This document shows positions 13,891 to 27,429 of a stretch of 64,000 nt of DNA, piece by piece. Source of the DNA: Camelus dromedarius. Its lineage: Eukaryota. Both the position numbers and the translations under genes were made by a program. The stretch lies in contig NC_087449.1 in NCBI RefSeq assembly GCF_036321535.1, positions 35,154,001 to 35,218,000 of the forward strand. The letters run 5' to 3'. Within the stretch, counting starts at the first letter, position 1, and every line of letters begins with the position of its first letter. Below the pieces are notes generated by a model, which did no database searches, was not told where the DNA came from, and saw only the letters and a list, made by a program, of their open reading frames with translations.

Positions 13891-15068
13891 ATCCAGCCAC
13901 ATGAAATGGTTTCAGGAGGCTCACTGACATTGGCAATTTTTTGTGGACAGAAATTTTAAAAGTTGAAAAAAGAAAACTATGTTGGCGTATTTTAAATCTA
14001 ATAGCCTCATCTCAACTATAATTTGTTCTAACTTTTTGGTTTGTAGGTGAAAACTCATATAAGTGATGATTAATTCCCATTATAATTAAATGTAAAAGCT
14101 GTAACATTTCTATTAAAGGAAATATAAGATCAAGCATCAAGCTGGTACTACAGATAATAAGTGTTTGTAATTAACATACCATGGATAACCGTAAACTCTG
14201 TCATCGTACTAATAAAACATAAAAATTCCTAAAGCAACTGGGAGCTCTGTGGCAGCTGCAATGTCAACACTAGCCACTTTGCCAGTTGTTCAGAGGCTGT
14301 GCAAATTAGACAAACTGGTAGTAACACACATAATGCATTTGGGAGCCATCTTTGCACGGCATAAGTTTCTGTTTTTTAGATAAAGACTTCTGTCTTTTCT
14401 TTGGATAAAATATCCTGATGCATGAACATGTGGAGCTGAGATAAACTTCAAACTGCTAAGGGAATAAACCAAAAGGGTAGTTTAGGTACCTCTGGGTAAA
14501 CTATCACCAGGTTCTGATTTGAGGGCAGAAAAGTTACTTGCGCAGCAAATTCGGGTCTATAAATTTATGGCTTAAATATGTAGAAAATATGAATTGAGGG
14601 ATTAGTACCAGTTATTTTGTCACAGAGATAACTGGAAAGTTCAACAAAGAGCTCAAATGACAGAACTAGGTATGAAGGTATCAAATGTTTAATGGTTTCT
14701 TTCCAGAAAGCCAAACCACCCAAAGTGCTATGGAGTCAGAAAGATTAGGAAGCCACTGCACAGCCATCTTTCTCAATCAATGAAGGACATGATTTTCAGT
14801 GGACCAGTCACAGATTAAACTCAGTTTGGACAATGACTCTAACTCTGCTTCAGCTGTTATCACCCTCACATGTAAAAGGTTTGTGTGTTTGTGCGTGTGT
14901 GTATTGATACCTGATGGATACATCTGGAGTTCTTACTGCAGTGGGGAACTGAAACATTTAGATCCAAACTGAACTGTTTCAAAGCAAGAAGTAAACTCTG
15001 ACTTGTTTCATATACTATGTATTGAGCTATTCTGAAAGAACTAATACAGCTTTTTACTAGATACCATG

Positions 15069-15457
15069 TATTGTGGGCTGAATTGTGTCCCCCACCCCTA
15101 AATTCCTATGTTGAGGTCCTTAACCCCCAGTACCTCAGACTATGACTGTGTTTGGAGAAAGGGCCTGTAAAGAGGTAGCAATTAAGGTAAAATGAAGTCA
15201 TATGAGTGGGCCCTAACCCACTATGACTGGTATCTGCATAAAAAGAGATTAGGACACAGACACACAGAGGAAAGACCATGTGAATTCAGAGTTAGAAGAT
15301 GGCCCTGTACTAGCAAGACGAGAGGCCTCAGAAAAACAACTCTGTCTACACCTTTATCTTGGACTTCAAGCCTCTATAAGTGTGAGGAAATAAATTTTTA
15401 TTGTGTAAGCCACCCAGTCGGTGGTATTTGTTATGGTAGCCCTAGCACCCTAATACA
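15069..15457 (+). mobile_element. MaLR solo LTR (MLT1A/B-like)
   Basis: gggctgaattgtgtccccc...cctatgttgaggtccttaacccccagtacctcag...ggtatttgttatggtagccctagc...taataca; 5-bp TSD ccatg/ccacg (differs by CpG decay). Confidence 0.9.
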
Positions 15458-16847
15458 CCACGTATGATTCATTTCATTGTGGCACTGCAGCAAAAGAAGA
15501 ATGCAGGTTTAAAACTCCAGTCCAAATCACAAATCTCAATTATGAATATTGATGGATATCTTATTTATGCAGTATCACGAGGGAATAAATCATTCCACAT
15601 TGAACATAATTTCTGGATAACTGAAGCTTGCCTCTTAACAAACCAAAGTTCCCAATTCTAATAATATCAGATGGAAATCTTCTTAAAATACACCATTATA
15701 CACTATTCCTGCTTTAAAGTAGGTATACCATGATGCAATCCTTTTAAAGGATAAAATTGAAACTTCCAACAAAACTGGTAATTGTTATTCAGTACTCTAA
15801 TTCAATTATTGCTTCTACCTAAGATTAAGACTAATTTCTCATATTTTACTTTTGCAATTTGTTTGTCCCTCACTTTCAGCTCTCTTTTACTGAAACTTTT
15901 AGTGTGTCTCCTACCTAGCAGGCCTTCTAATCTGCTGTAGGCTGAGAAAGTAGGGAACTAAGCATGTTAGAACTGTCTTGAGTGGGAATCAAAAGGCTTG
16001 AGGGAGGGTCCAAGGAGCTTGCCTGTGAATAAACATGTTAACATACTCTGGCATATTTTTGCTTCTCAGAAATGTTTTTTCTTCTATCATAGCTTTTGCC
16101 TGTATTTCTAAGAGCTAACATTGAAAAGTTATGACCACTATGTTAGGATAAGTGAGATTTAATTTATTTTTTTATTTTATTAATTGAAAATAATTTTATT
16201 AATAATTCTATTTTATTAATTTTAATAACAATTATGGGCTTGTTTCCACTTCAAAAACGTCACAGGATCTTTATAATGAATTAAAATCTGTATAGTGTTA
16301 ATTTCTGATCTCCAAAAAAAGAATATGAATATATCAATTTTAATAACAGCTAGCATATATTAGCATTTACTGTGTGCCTGATATTGTGCTAAATGCATAT
16401 GAAGCATCTCAATTACCAGAAATGCAAAGAAATTATTGAAAGCAAGGAAAGGGATGCAAAATCACTCTGACCTTTCAGAAACTGTGCTTACTGAATGGAT
16501 ACATTATGCAAATAAGCATTATTTGATCAAATAAAACATTTTAACCTGGTTTCTAAAAAGTTATTAGTAAAAAGTAACAACATATGCAAGTTCCAAATTA
16601 AATATAATCCTGGCATAAGCCAAATAATCATTCTTCTCCGTGGACCATCACTCCTGACAACAACCTAAAAAATTGGAGTACCTTCTCTCCATGTTTCCAA
16701 TGACCCAACATGAATTTATGAAGAAGATACGCTCCTAGGCAGAAGGTCCTCTGGAAATGAATCACTAGGTTATGGAGAATTACACTGGTATGTTAACTCC
16801 CACCTCTCAAAAGCTATGTACTTAACATATTTGGAGGTCAATTTTTT

Positions 16848-17015
16848 AAATGAAATTTATTGAGGTGTAATGCACATAATAAAATGCAGAGATCTTAAGG
16901 GTTCGGTTTGATGTGTTCTAACAAATTGGTCTACCTTGTAGTCAACACCCAACCAAAATATGGCATCTTAGAAAATTCCCTCCTGCCCCTTTGTAGTCAA
17001 ACCTCTTTCCCCGAC
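16848..17015 (-). mobile_element. L1MB-type 3' end fragment
   Basis: tttattgaggtgtaatgcacataataaaatgcagagatcttaaggg... reverse L1 3'UTR pattern. Confidence 0.65.
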
Positions 17016-18584
17016 AATAGGTAGGTATTTTTCAGCAGTTTTTAATAGCAGTTTATGGACGGTTAACAATAGGAATATTTACTGAGTGCCCACGTGCCAG
17101 GCACTGTACATATATGGGATTCCATTTAATTCCCATGTCAAAGGTTGATATTATCTCCATTAATCTACTGAGAATAAAAGAGTGGGGAAAAGTAGGAGGA
17201 CCAAGAAATTAATCATACAAGGTCACATAACTACTGAGCGGTGGGATCAGACCTGAATCAAGAATATCTGAATTAGAATCCCTCATGGTAAACTATATTG
17301 CCTCTCCACAAATGCTAAGGAGTTCTCTGTTAATTCAAAATACACACTAGTTAGTGGAATTAATGAGGCCACCAGTTCTACCTCACAACTGCATCTCTAT
17401 TACAATCACACCCAAGTACCTTATCTTAACAAGCAAGCAAAGGTTTCAGAGGCTAATACTAATGATAACTAAAGAGGATTACTTACAAGTTCCTTAAATA
17501 AAAACCTGCATGTAAATCCTTCATATATTTCTAGGGTCGTTAGGAGAGGGGGAAAATCCTCTATATAGGTGGGTGGGTCACAACCCCTTCAGCCCCAAGG
17601 AATGGTTAGTGTTTTAGAAAAAGAAGGGAAGGAATCCAACCATCCACTTGTTCTTAGTCAACCACAGTCCACCCTACCCAAGAACCACAAGGAGAGGTGC
17701 TGCACAGCCCTGTACTGTCACTTTACAGGCAAGCTGCGAGGCAAACATCTGGAGTGAATCTTTTGATTCCTCATTACATTAATTTTATTCAATGTTTTAA
17801 ACTCAACCCACTTACATTTACAAAACACTTCACAGACTACTTCCCTCATGAATGGAGCTCCATTCACATTTCACTTAAAACATCAAGCTTATTCTGAAAT
17901 GACTGAGGTTAAAGCTTGTTCAGTCTCAATTTGCAAGTATTATAAAATAATGGAAAACCAGGCGCACAAATACAGGAGGATAGTGTGAGGCAGCTTCTTT
18001 GAGGGGTTCTACTAAAATAAAGCAGCTAGGTAGGGAGGGGAAGGCAGGCTTTTAGGAACGCATAGGGCTCATGCCATACTGTGCTGTAGAGTGGGTTATT
18101 TGATTCTCCAGAGGGAAGATTTATGAGAACTACCACCCTTGAGCGGTACCGGCTAACACCTAGGGAATGGATATGACTTATTTTCCCCCAAACCTGGAGT
18201 TGTTTTCTAGAAGTCCCTCTCTGAGGTTCCCCTGTGGTTTCCCTAAATCCCTTAACATATGTTGGGGGAGGGGAGGTTTTCTCCCATTTAAAAACGAATT
18301 GTCTCCAACAAGTTGAAGACTTCAGGACGTGTCGTTACTAAATCCTAAACGTCTGACAACCCCAGCCCAAAGAGAGACACCAATTACAACACACACACAA
18401 AAAGACCCTATCCGGCAACACCCTATCAGTGTTGACCCGATCCTCCGTGTTTTCCTCCGCTAAACAAGACCACAGTTAGTGCAACAGAAGCGCCCTCTCA
18501 ATCTCATCTAGAAATAGCCCAAGCCTCAGGTCGACAGCAGGCTGTAATGGGGAAAGGCACTGGAGGGTGCTGCTTCTCGACAAT

Positions 18585-19375
18585 TAGCGGGAGTCACACA
18601 GAGGGGGCCCCTGAGGATCCGCGCTCGCTCGCCGAGCCCCTTGGGGCTCTACTCGCTCGAAGCTGCCCGGACTTTCTGGCGCCACCAGCTTGATCAGCAA
18701 AGCCACCCCGAGGACCGCTCGGGAAAGGCGCAGAGGGGAGAGGCGCCGGGCGACGGCTTCTCGGAGCCGCAGGGTCAACTGTCGCAGGGGGAGGGGGCGT
18801 GGCAGACCCAACTTTCGGTGGTCTGCCCTGAGGCCCGGGAAGTCTCCGGAGGCCGGCGGGGGAGTGACCCGGAGCCCACCAGGAACAGAGCCACCAGACA
18901 GGCGGCAGAGGGGATGGCGAGGACCCCCAAGGGCCAGGGGCGCGCGGGGCCGGTTTCCTACTGCAGGGGCCCCCTCCCCCTCCCTGGGAGTCTGGGTGGC
19001 CGGGCTGCGCGATGGGAGCAGCCCAGGCGCGGCCACGTGGCCGCGCGGCCGCCAGTGCCCGTAACAGCGGGTGGGCGGGGCGTCGGGGACGCGGGGCCGA
19101 CCCGAGGCGCGGCTACCTGGTTCTTAAGGCGCATCTTCTTGGCGGCGCGGTCCAGCCCGAGGCGGCTGAGGCTGGGCGGGGCGCGGCGGGCGGGAGGACG
19201 TCCGCGGAGTCGCGCCGCGCTCGCTCGCTCGCCTGACCGGCGAGGCGCGGCGCGGCGCGGCCGCTTCGCCACCCCTGTCGCCGTCGTCGCCGCCACCCCC
19301 ACCGCCGGCTCCAGGGGGCGCCTCTCGCGGGAGTAGGAGGACCGACCCCTGCGGTTCCGGGCCCTGGCGTCTGAG
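18585..19375. promoter_or_regulatory. ELAVL4: CpG island / distal promoter of the minus-strand gene (ELAVL4)
   Basis: Abrupt shift to very GC- and CpG-rich sequence in an AT-rich background; spans the first exon and its splice donor. Confidence 0.85.
19117..19134 (-). CDS. ELAVL4: Coding part of an alternative first exon (MRLKNQ, phase-0 GT donor) of ELAV-like protein 4 (HuD)
   Basis: Minus strand aagaagATG CGC CTT AAG AAC CAG|GTagcc. Identity is inferred: ELAVL4 lies head-to-head with AGBL4 in mammals, and its short alternative first exons splice in phase 0 to the common exon starting IISTME. Exon 2 is not in the window. Confidence 0.72.
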
Positions 19376-20589
19376 TTGGGGCTTGGCATGGAATCTATGC
19401 TCAAAAAGTTGAATGAATAAATCTCTTTCCTACGATACTGGTACCTATGCTTAAATTTTAAGTGAGGTAGTTCTTTTGCTGACCACCAACACTATGTGCA
19501 CCGATGTTATTGGCAAAACATGGTGCTGGGCTCCGAAGATTGACAAACGTGACCAATTTGGAACCCTTAGAATAAATCTTACGCTTTAGGTGAAGGTGCA
19601 CTAGAAAGGTGGCCTGTGTTTGGCAGAGAGTGTGGACACGCTAAGTGCATCCTTCAAGCCATGTTTGGCCAGTTGACTGGTGTCTAAGATATACCCAAAG
19701 TAAAGTGAGAAATGGAGACAATGATTAATGTCACTAAATCCTAAACAAAATGACCAAGACTTGTGCACTATGATTTCAGATAAAAATATTTGTTGGGCTC
19801 AATGACTTGGGAGAGCCATTTAGTTACTCTTTGGCTTCCTAAACCACACCAGATATTTGAATACCACAGTGTTGATCTGGTGCTGGGTAATCTAGTGATC
19901 GTTAGAAATGGGAAAAGTGGCTTCTTGGGCCCTCCCTGACCTTTATAAAATTTTCACACTCGGGGCTGAGAAACTCAGAAACTCACAGTTGAGAATGCCT
20001 ATTATTGCCTAAAGAAAATCTACTTTGAGTCAAAATACAGGAAATACAGGTATGAGTAAGACTTACGGGTTGAAGTAAGTTTAGGATGGTAATGTTAGAA
20101 TACAAATATTGAAGAATCATTTTATCTGATGCCTCTTTATAGGTGAAGGCTCTGAAGTCCAGAGAAGACCTGGCCAGGTCACAAGGGAATCAGGAGGAAA
20201 AACTGTGAAAGTTCTCCTGACCTCTAGTCTGTTGTTCTATATTACAACTCTTAGGATTCTCAAATTTTCCATTTTTAGGACTTGATCCATTCAAACCTTC
20301 AAACAGATCAAAATAAACTAAAGAGTATGCCTAGGTGATAGGAGAATTTGGAATGACAAATGAAAAACATTTGATGTTTTCATAATCATGATAGCTGTTA
20401 GTTATTGAGCACTTATGTTCACTGGATTACGTCATTTACTAAAAGTCTTAAATGATTTCATTCTTAGTGCAGGCTTAAAACTAAATAATCCTTGATGGCT
20501 GTAAGAGCTGTTTTCCCACAGCCTCCTTTGACTACGTAATACAAGAGTTTTGTTCCTGAGCAGATGGAGATATACTAACTCAGAATTTT

Positions 20590-20975
20590 GCTAACTTGCA
20601 TTCTTTGACCCAGCAGTTGCACTTCAATAAATTTATTTTAAGGAAGGAATCATTAATGTGTTCAAAGACTTGGCTCTATGATTATTTACTGTAGGATTCT
20701 TTGAAATCTGGAAAAATTGGAAATAGTTTTTAATGGTCAACAAAGGAGACTAATCATACAAAGGAATATTCTGCAGACATTAAGAAAGATACAGTCAATG
20801 AATATTTATAAACATGGAAAGATGTTCATAATATATTTCAGAGTGAGAAAGGCAGATCACAAAATTGTATGCTTAGAATGATCCTGTTTTTGCAGGGGTA
20901 ATGGTGGTTACTTTGGAAGGGGGGTTCATAAGTGATTTTCATTTCTCCCTTTTTTGCTTATCTGTAGTTTTAAAA
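20590..20975 (+). mobile_element. L1ME-type 3' fragment
   Basis: ggaatattctgcagacattaag...acatggaaagatgttcataatatatttcagagtgagaaaggcagatcacaaaattgtatg. Confidence 0.65.
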
Positions 20976-21476
20976 ATGTCAGTAGAACATATTTATTATT
21001 AAGGAATTAAACAAATCACTGTCTCTGATTATTATCAAAGTACCTTCAGTGAGCAAGACATTACAGCAAAGGCCAGAAGGCAAGAATTCAGCGCAGCTTA
21101 GCCCAGTAAAGAACACAGTCTTAACCGCTGAAGTTACATTCTTAATCAGACCTAGCTTTGGAAACAGCTCTGCCCTCTTTAAGTCATCTTAAACAAGTTA
21201 CTTGGTTTTTCTAAGGCTAAAACCAGTAATGATAATAACAGCTAACATTAATGAGAGTTTACCTTGTGCTGGGCACTGTGCTCAGCACTCCCCACATCAA
21301 GAAATTGAGGCTTAAATTGAGGGAAGTTAAATAACTTGCCCAAATTTCCAAGTTTACACAATTAGATAAATATTCACATCATAGTGTGGTTGTGGGTACG
21401 AGGGTTAATTGTGCAAGGGGGCACTTAAAGCACTAAGCCTAATAAACTGGCAGATATCTATCTATATATCCACATA

Positions 21477-21478
<2 letters not shown>

Positions 21479-21512
<34 letters not shown>
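21479..21512. repeat. Compound (TC)n(TA)n microsatellite
   Basis: Direct reading. Confidence 0.95.
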
Positions 21513-21513
<1 letters not shown>

Positions 21514-21622
21514 GATGCTAGTCCTTTTTAATTTAGTACAACCCTTGTAGCAAATTCTACTTTTTATAACCATTTATTTATTTTTTCACTCAAGTCATCT
21601 CTCCAGGGAATCTACTTCAGCT

Positions 21623-21870
21623 CTTTACTGCGGTGGGTAAGATCATGGGCTCTAAAGCCTGTCTTGGCTTAAATCCCAGCTCTACCATTTACTAGCTCTG
21701 TGAGCTTGGGCAAATTACTTAACCCTCTTTGTGCCTCAGCCTTCTCATCTATAAGATGGGCATAATATTAGAATTGACTTTATGGGGGTTGTTCTGAATA
21801 TTAAATGAGTTAACAGACAGAAAGCAATAAGAACAGTACCTGGTATACTTAGAAGTTATTAAATGATTAG
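21623..21870 (+). mobile_element. MIR SINE (near full length)
   Basis: aatcccagctctaccatttactagctctgtgagcttgggcaaattacttaaccctctttgtgcctcagccttctcatctataagatggg. Confidence 0.85.
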
Positions 21871-23499
21871 ACATTTTACAAATTGTAAGTTCTTTTTTAC
21901 ACTAATATAAAGATTTTAGTACATGTTCTTTATATTGATATCTGAACATATTGTTATTTAAACCAAAGGTTATGTAAATGCAAAACCTGTCAGAATTCAT
22001 AGTAGGAAGCAATCCTCATTTAAAAGAAACCCATGTAGCATTTACATGCGCATATATTATTAAAACAGCATACCCAGAAACAAGATAAACAAAAAAATAC
22101 CTATTCTTTCAGGTTTAACTTTTCCAAAATCGGTTCAGCCATGAATTCTTCAAAGAAAAGAATCTGGCATATTTAGGGCTTTACTTGTCGTGCATTTTGT
22201 TTATTATACTCAGAGATTTGATCTGTTTTCTGGATTTATGAGGTCTTTTGAAAACAACTGAATAATTCCACACAGAGATAAAAATTTTACTCCAGATTTA
22301 TCATCAAATATGTTAAGGTAATACTGCTTATGAAAAATCTCATAAAAAGAGCCAATCATCATAGGATTAAGAACAATGCCACAGAAAAAAAAATTATTTC
22401 TCATCAATTGAAAATATATTTTAAGTTAAACTATATATGTATATATAATATACAAATATATGTGTGTATATACATATAAACTAAAGGTAATATATTAAAT
22501 ATTAATTTTTTCAGCATAGTATTGACTATCTAACACAGGTGTTTTGGAAGTATGTTAAATTCCTTCCCAATATAAACCATAAATAGAATCTGTGGTAATT
22601 TTACAATTACAAGTCATATTGTGGCTCTAGGATAGTCAACTTCATGTAACAAAGCAATTAGTAAGAGCATGGAAACTTACTTTCTTCCTTTGAAAGGCAA
22701 TTCCTTTATTAAGGGCAATGTTATTTTTCTTTAAAAGTCCTGAATCTTCACACAAAGACATTACAAGCTCACTGTGCACCTTAATTATAAGGGCACCTGT
22801 GTTTCTTTGTTTATCTGGTTGGTCGGTCCTGAGGATTTGATTTGTCACACTCCTCCCCTGTCCCGCCCTATTTCTCTCTTAATGAGAACAACTTAACAAT
22901 ACCATCTGTACAGCCTCCACGACTCAACTAATGACTAGGGAGGAATACAGGTATTAGTCATGGTGGAGAAGCACTTGTTGCTTAACCTTCATATAAAGGA
23001 GTAAAATTCAGGGTTAGTAAGCGTAAACTTGGGAGATAGAGTGATTTTTAAAACATAGAATGAAACCCCACCCCTACCTTTTCTCCACCACCCTTCCACC
23101 ATCCTGCTCTTCTCCTTGGGGAAGCAATCTGGTATTAGATGGGGTCAGATTAATCCCACCTCTGTCAATCAGGAGCCCTGTGATTTTGGCGAGTTCCTTT
23201 ATCTCTCTGAGCCTCCGTTTCTGTACGATAGAGATAATAGTACTTACCTCATAGGTTGTTATGAAGATGATTTTTAGTACTAATGGGAAAAGTGTGTAAA
23301 GTAACCACTTAATACAACTTTCTTCTCTTTCTTCTTCCCCCTGTGCATTGGGAACACTCAAAAAAGACTTCAACTATGCCATCCATAGAAGAACAGGCAT
23401 GTGTGAAGGTGTGGATATTTCTGGGATTTGGAATTTGATGTAAGATACAAAATTCGTCTGTTGTCTTCATCACTAATATCTCCTGAAAGGGAATGAAAG

Positions 23500-23840
23500 A
23501 ACCCCATTCATTCAACAAGTATCCATTGAGCACCTATTAGGTCTAGGCGTCCTGCAAACCACTGGCAATAGAGTTGTCTTTTGTCTTCAAGAAGCTCTCA
23601 GCCTGGGGGTACAGTAGATGAGGAAATGCCAGACAGTGACAACACAACACAGTGTAACAAGTGCTGATGTAGAGAGAAGCACCAGGGATTGTTGTGAGTG
23701 TAGAGTAGGGGCATCCAAGAGAAGGGTTTAGGTGAGAGGGGGATCTGGGAAGATTCCTGAGGGAAAAATGATTCTGAGATTGAAGAACAAGCAGGAGTTA
23801 CAAAGGGAAAGACTGAACATCCAAGCTTGATAGAGATGAC
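23500..23840 (-). mobile_element. L2 LINE 3' fragment
   Basis: cattcattcaacaagtatccattgagcacctattaggtctagg... reverse L2 3' end. Confidence 0.65.
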
Positions 23841-25072
23841 TTTTTGAAAAGACCTGTTCTAAAGCTGTGAAGTAAATGGTGTATTCCATTGTTAGAATAA
23901 GGCTACACTGTCGTGTTATGCATATTATGGATATAACAGAATTTGTGCATTCTCTGATGTTTCATCACATGAGATTTTAATGGGAATCATGAATAAGCTC
24001 TGTTTTCGAGCAAGCCCAGAAGCATATGTTTAGAAACATTTGATTAGAGCCTTTGTGCTAACAGTTTTAACTATTCTTAGTTGCTCCTTAACAGTTGCAG
24101 TTTGTACTTAATAGATTAGATAATTAACTGCTTATTAGTAGAAAATAACTCAGACAATCATGATATGCAGGAAATGATAAGAAAAAGAGTGTTCAGTCTT
24201 CATGTAGGTTTTTGTGCTGGGAAGAAACTTAGAGATCATTAATATTCCCCTCATTTTACTGACAAGAAAAATCAGGCCCAGAGAAGCTCAGTGATCTGCC
24301 TAAGTCCTCACAGCTAGTGAGAAACAGAGTCAGGAAGAGAACTGAGTTTCTCTGAGCTCCCTGCCCAATGGTCTCACCAATGACAATGACTATTTACTGG
24401 GCATTTCCAGTGTGCCAAAATGATAACTAAAATCTCTAAGTATGATTTCATTTTATTGACATTTTAAATCTAACACTTACGCCTTGAATCCTTATAGAAT
24501 GGAGCAGGGAAGAAGTACTTTTGAAAAATAAATATTTGTTGTGTTGATACCAGTGAATGAAGAAACAGTGTTCACATAGAGCTTGTTTCACTAGCCAGTT
24601 AACGTATTTCTTTCAAAGCTAACTTTAAAGTTTTAGGTTTATATACGTCTTTCAGATTTTGTTTCTAAGATTTTCCTCTAGGAGTTTGATTTAATTCAGT
24701 TTGATTCGACAAATATTTATTGAGCTCCTGGGATAGGAAAATCAAATCTTTCTTTTCTGTTTCATTTCTTCTGTATGTCAGGCTTCGTGAGAGGCTGTGT
24801 CATGCCAAAAAGGAGCACCAGGATTGGGAGTCAAATAGGCTTAGGTTCAAATTCCAGCTCTACAACTAATGCTCTCACAAATCTTGGAAAGTTACCTACT
24901 TCTCTTATCTGTAAAACGAGGGTGTGAATTAAGTCTACTTTAAAGGGTTGCTCTACGGATTAAAATGAATGAAATAAATAAATGGAATCCATTTTATTCA
25001 TGGCCATTTGTTCTGCAGATTATTCATGTTCATTAAGCTGAGCAGCATTCTGTTAAAGGTCATTTATTGCCA

Positions 25073-25473
25073 TGTGTGGCAGACTGTATTTTCCAAATGT
25101 GGCTTACAACAGTATCTCCCTACCCACCTGCTCTTCTGCATGTGACCTTGCTACTCCCTGACCATGAGGGGACTTTAATCCCCCTTCTCTTGAATCTTGG
25201 TCACTCTTAGAGACTCTGGGTCACACCATCCACTGTCCCTTCCTTTCAGCTGATAGGAATGCAGATGTCATGGTGGGAGCAGAGATAGAAGTTGGCAGGA
25301 CAGCAGAACAGAAAGCCTCTGGAACCTTGATGATTATGTGTGTTATCACAGCAGCGTGGAATACATACAAAGCCAGACTTTTATATGACAGAGGAATGAA
25401 CTTCTATCTTATTTAGGCCTCTTATTTTGGACATTCCTGTCACAGCAAACCTATCAATATCCTAACCTACACA
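25073..25473 (+). mobile_element. MaLR LTR (MLT1I/J-like)
   Basis: tgtggcagactgtattttccaaatgtggc...tgtgaccttgctactccc...ttctatcttatttaggcctc...cctaacctacaca. Confidence 0.7.
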
Positions 25474-27429
25474 ATTGGAGATGCTAAAATGAATATAAAG
25501 TGCCTGGCACAGAGTAGGTGTTCAATAGTAAGTAGTTAGCATATTTCAAACACCAAAACCATCTACTGCCCTCCAGGACACAATCCCACCTTTGGGGTGA
25601 TTTTTATATCTGCCTTATTGACGTCTTCCACGTAGCCTTCCTTCTGTCTCTGCCTTCTGGGTCATCGACAGACAATAGTAATATTTTTAGTCACTTAATC
25701 CCACTAATCCCACTAATCCCTGAACTCCTCATCTCCAGTGACTCACTTTCCCTCCATTTCAGCCACCCAGCTTCACAATCAACTCCACACTTCCTTATGG
25801 CACTAAATGGCTCCACTTGTAAGTTCTAGAATTCGGACAGTTTTCTGATTCCTGCTCCTGCTCACCTCTCTCACCCTCTCACTACTACCAACCCAGTCTT
25901 CATCCCCATCATGTTCCTATCTTGTGTGCTAATATAATTTCCTGACTGGCATTTCTATTGAGAATGGGTCCCACAATCAGCATTTTCCCTGCTACCCTAG
26001 AATCTCAGCCACCCTCTTCATCTTCTGCTATTCCCACCTGGTCAGCCCTGGTCCAGGCTGGTCCAAGTGGGTCTCCACTAGACTCCCACAGCCCCTGTAC
26101 AGTTCTTTATCACAATTGATACCACACTGCTTTATCAGTTTCAGGTGTGAGTCTGTCTCCCCACTAGACTATGAGCTTTTTGAGGTTGGAGACTGACTTA
26201 TACATCTATTGAACTACAATTGCCACCAAAAAACAAGTCTACTATTGGAAATGCCCCACTTTTTCCTGCCTCCATGCCCTTGTCTATGCCATGCCTCCCT
26301 GGGAATATTTTCCTCCACTGCATTGCCTCCTTCTAACATAAGACAAATCCTGTAAGGTTCAGATCAGATGCCTCCTCTAAGAAGTTTTCCCCAATATGAC
26401 ACTTTCCTCCTTTGAAGCTCCAAAGCATTTCATTGGTATTTCTTTGCAGACACTTTGATTTTGCAGTTAACTCAGTTATTGAGCGTGTACTATCCACTCA
26501 GTGATATGCTGCCCACTTCACTTATGCCTACCATTTACTCCCCATAAAAACCCAATTTTGCAGATAAGGTAACTGAAAGTCTGAAAGGTTAGGTGACTTT
26601 GCCCCAAGTCACACAGCTAGAAAGTGGCAGGACCAAGGTCAGTGTGCTCACAGTGAACTGTGTTGCTCCACATGTGCTTTTGTCCTTTGTAAATGTCTTG
26701 TCTCTCTGTATGAGTTCTTTGTGTTCTCTCCCCTCAAGATTTCCTCTAATGTCTAGCCCAGCCTCTTGCACATAGTGAATGCAACAAAATAAATAGAAAA
26801 TAAAACACTGATTCAGGGACTCTCAGAAAACACCTGCAAGGCAGCATACAGACCCCTCCCTCCATTCCCATTTCCCTCTCACTGACTCAAGGGGCCTGGC
26901 TGCCAATGCGCTCACCCCCAACCCTTCTAGGAGCAGGTGCTAATTCAAACAACCTCATTAACAATCTGTGGGGCTCCTGAACTAATTACAGTGGGGTTTT
27001 AACTATATCTATTTCCTGCAATTCAACAGATTCTATTTTTAACCCATAATTAGGATCTAGAGAAGGAGTGGACAGAAATCTAGTTTTCTCCCAAGCCACC
27101 CTATATCCCCCTACAATGTTCCAGAGGAAAAGAACCTGTTAAAAATCAAGAAAATACATTAAATCCGGTACATAAATTGTGACTTATATCTCACAGTTTA
27201 TTCATTCCTTTTTTAATCAAGGTAAATGTAAAAACAAAGAAAATTGACCAAGCTATCACTGACCACTATAGAATTAAGCACCCGTTCCCCTAGTCGTGTA
27301 GTTTCTATGACATCTCAGCAATTCCAAACATTTCTTCCCTCCTAAAAGTCACTCCTCTCCTAGGAAGTGAGGCCCTGGCCCCATAAGGTTCATTTTGGTT
27401 TTGTTTAGTGTTTGTTTTCCCCATTTTAC

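Larger units (their letters stand above)
1..19116 (-). other. ELAVL4: First intron of the distal ELAVL4 isoform (continues beyond the window start)
   Basis: GT donor at 19116-19115; no RRM-coding exon in the ORF track. Confidence 0.65.

Noticed and set aside
18584-19336. Long ORFs (150, 231, 124 aa) over the ELAVL4 CpG island
   Set aside because: Low-complexity Arg/Gly/Pro/Ala translations expected from stop-poor GC-rich DNA; no recognisable domain.
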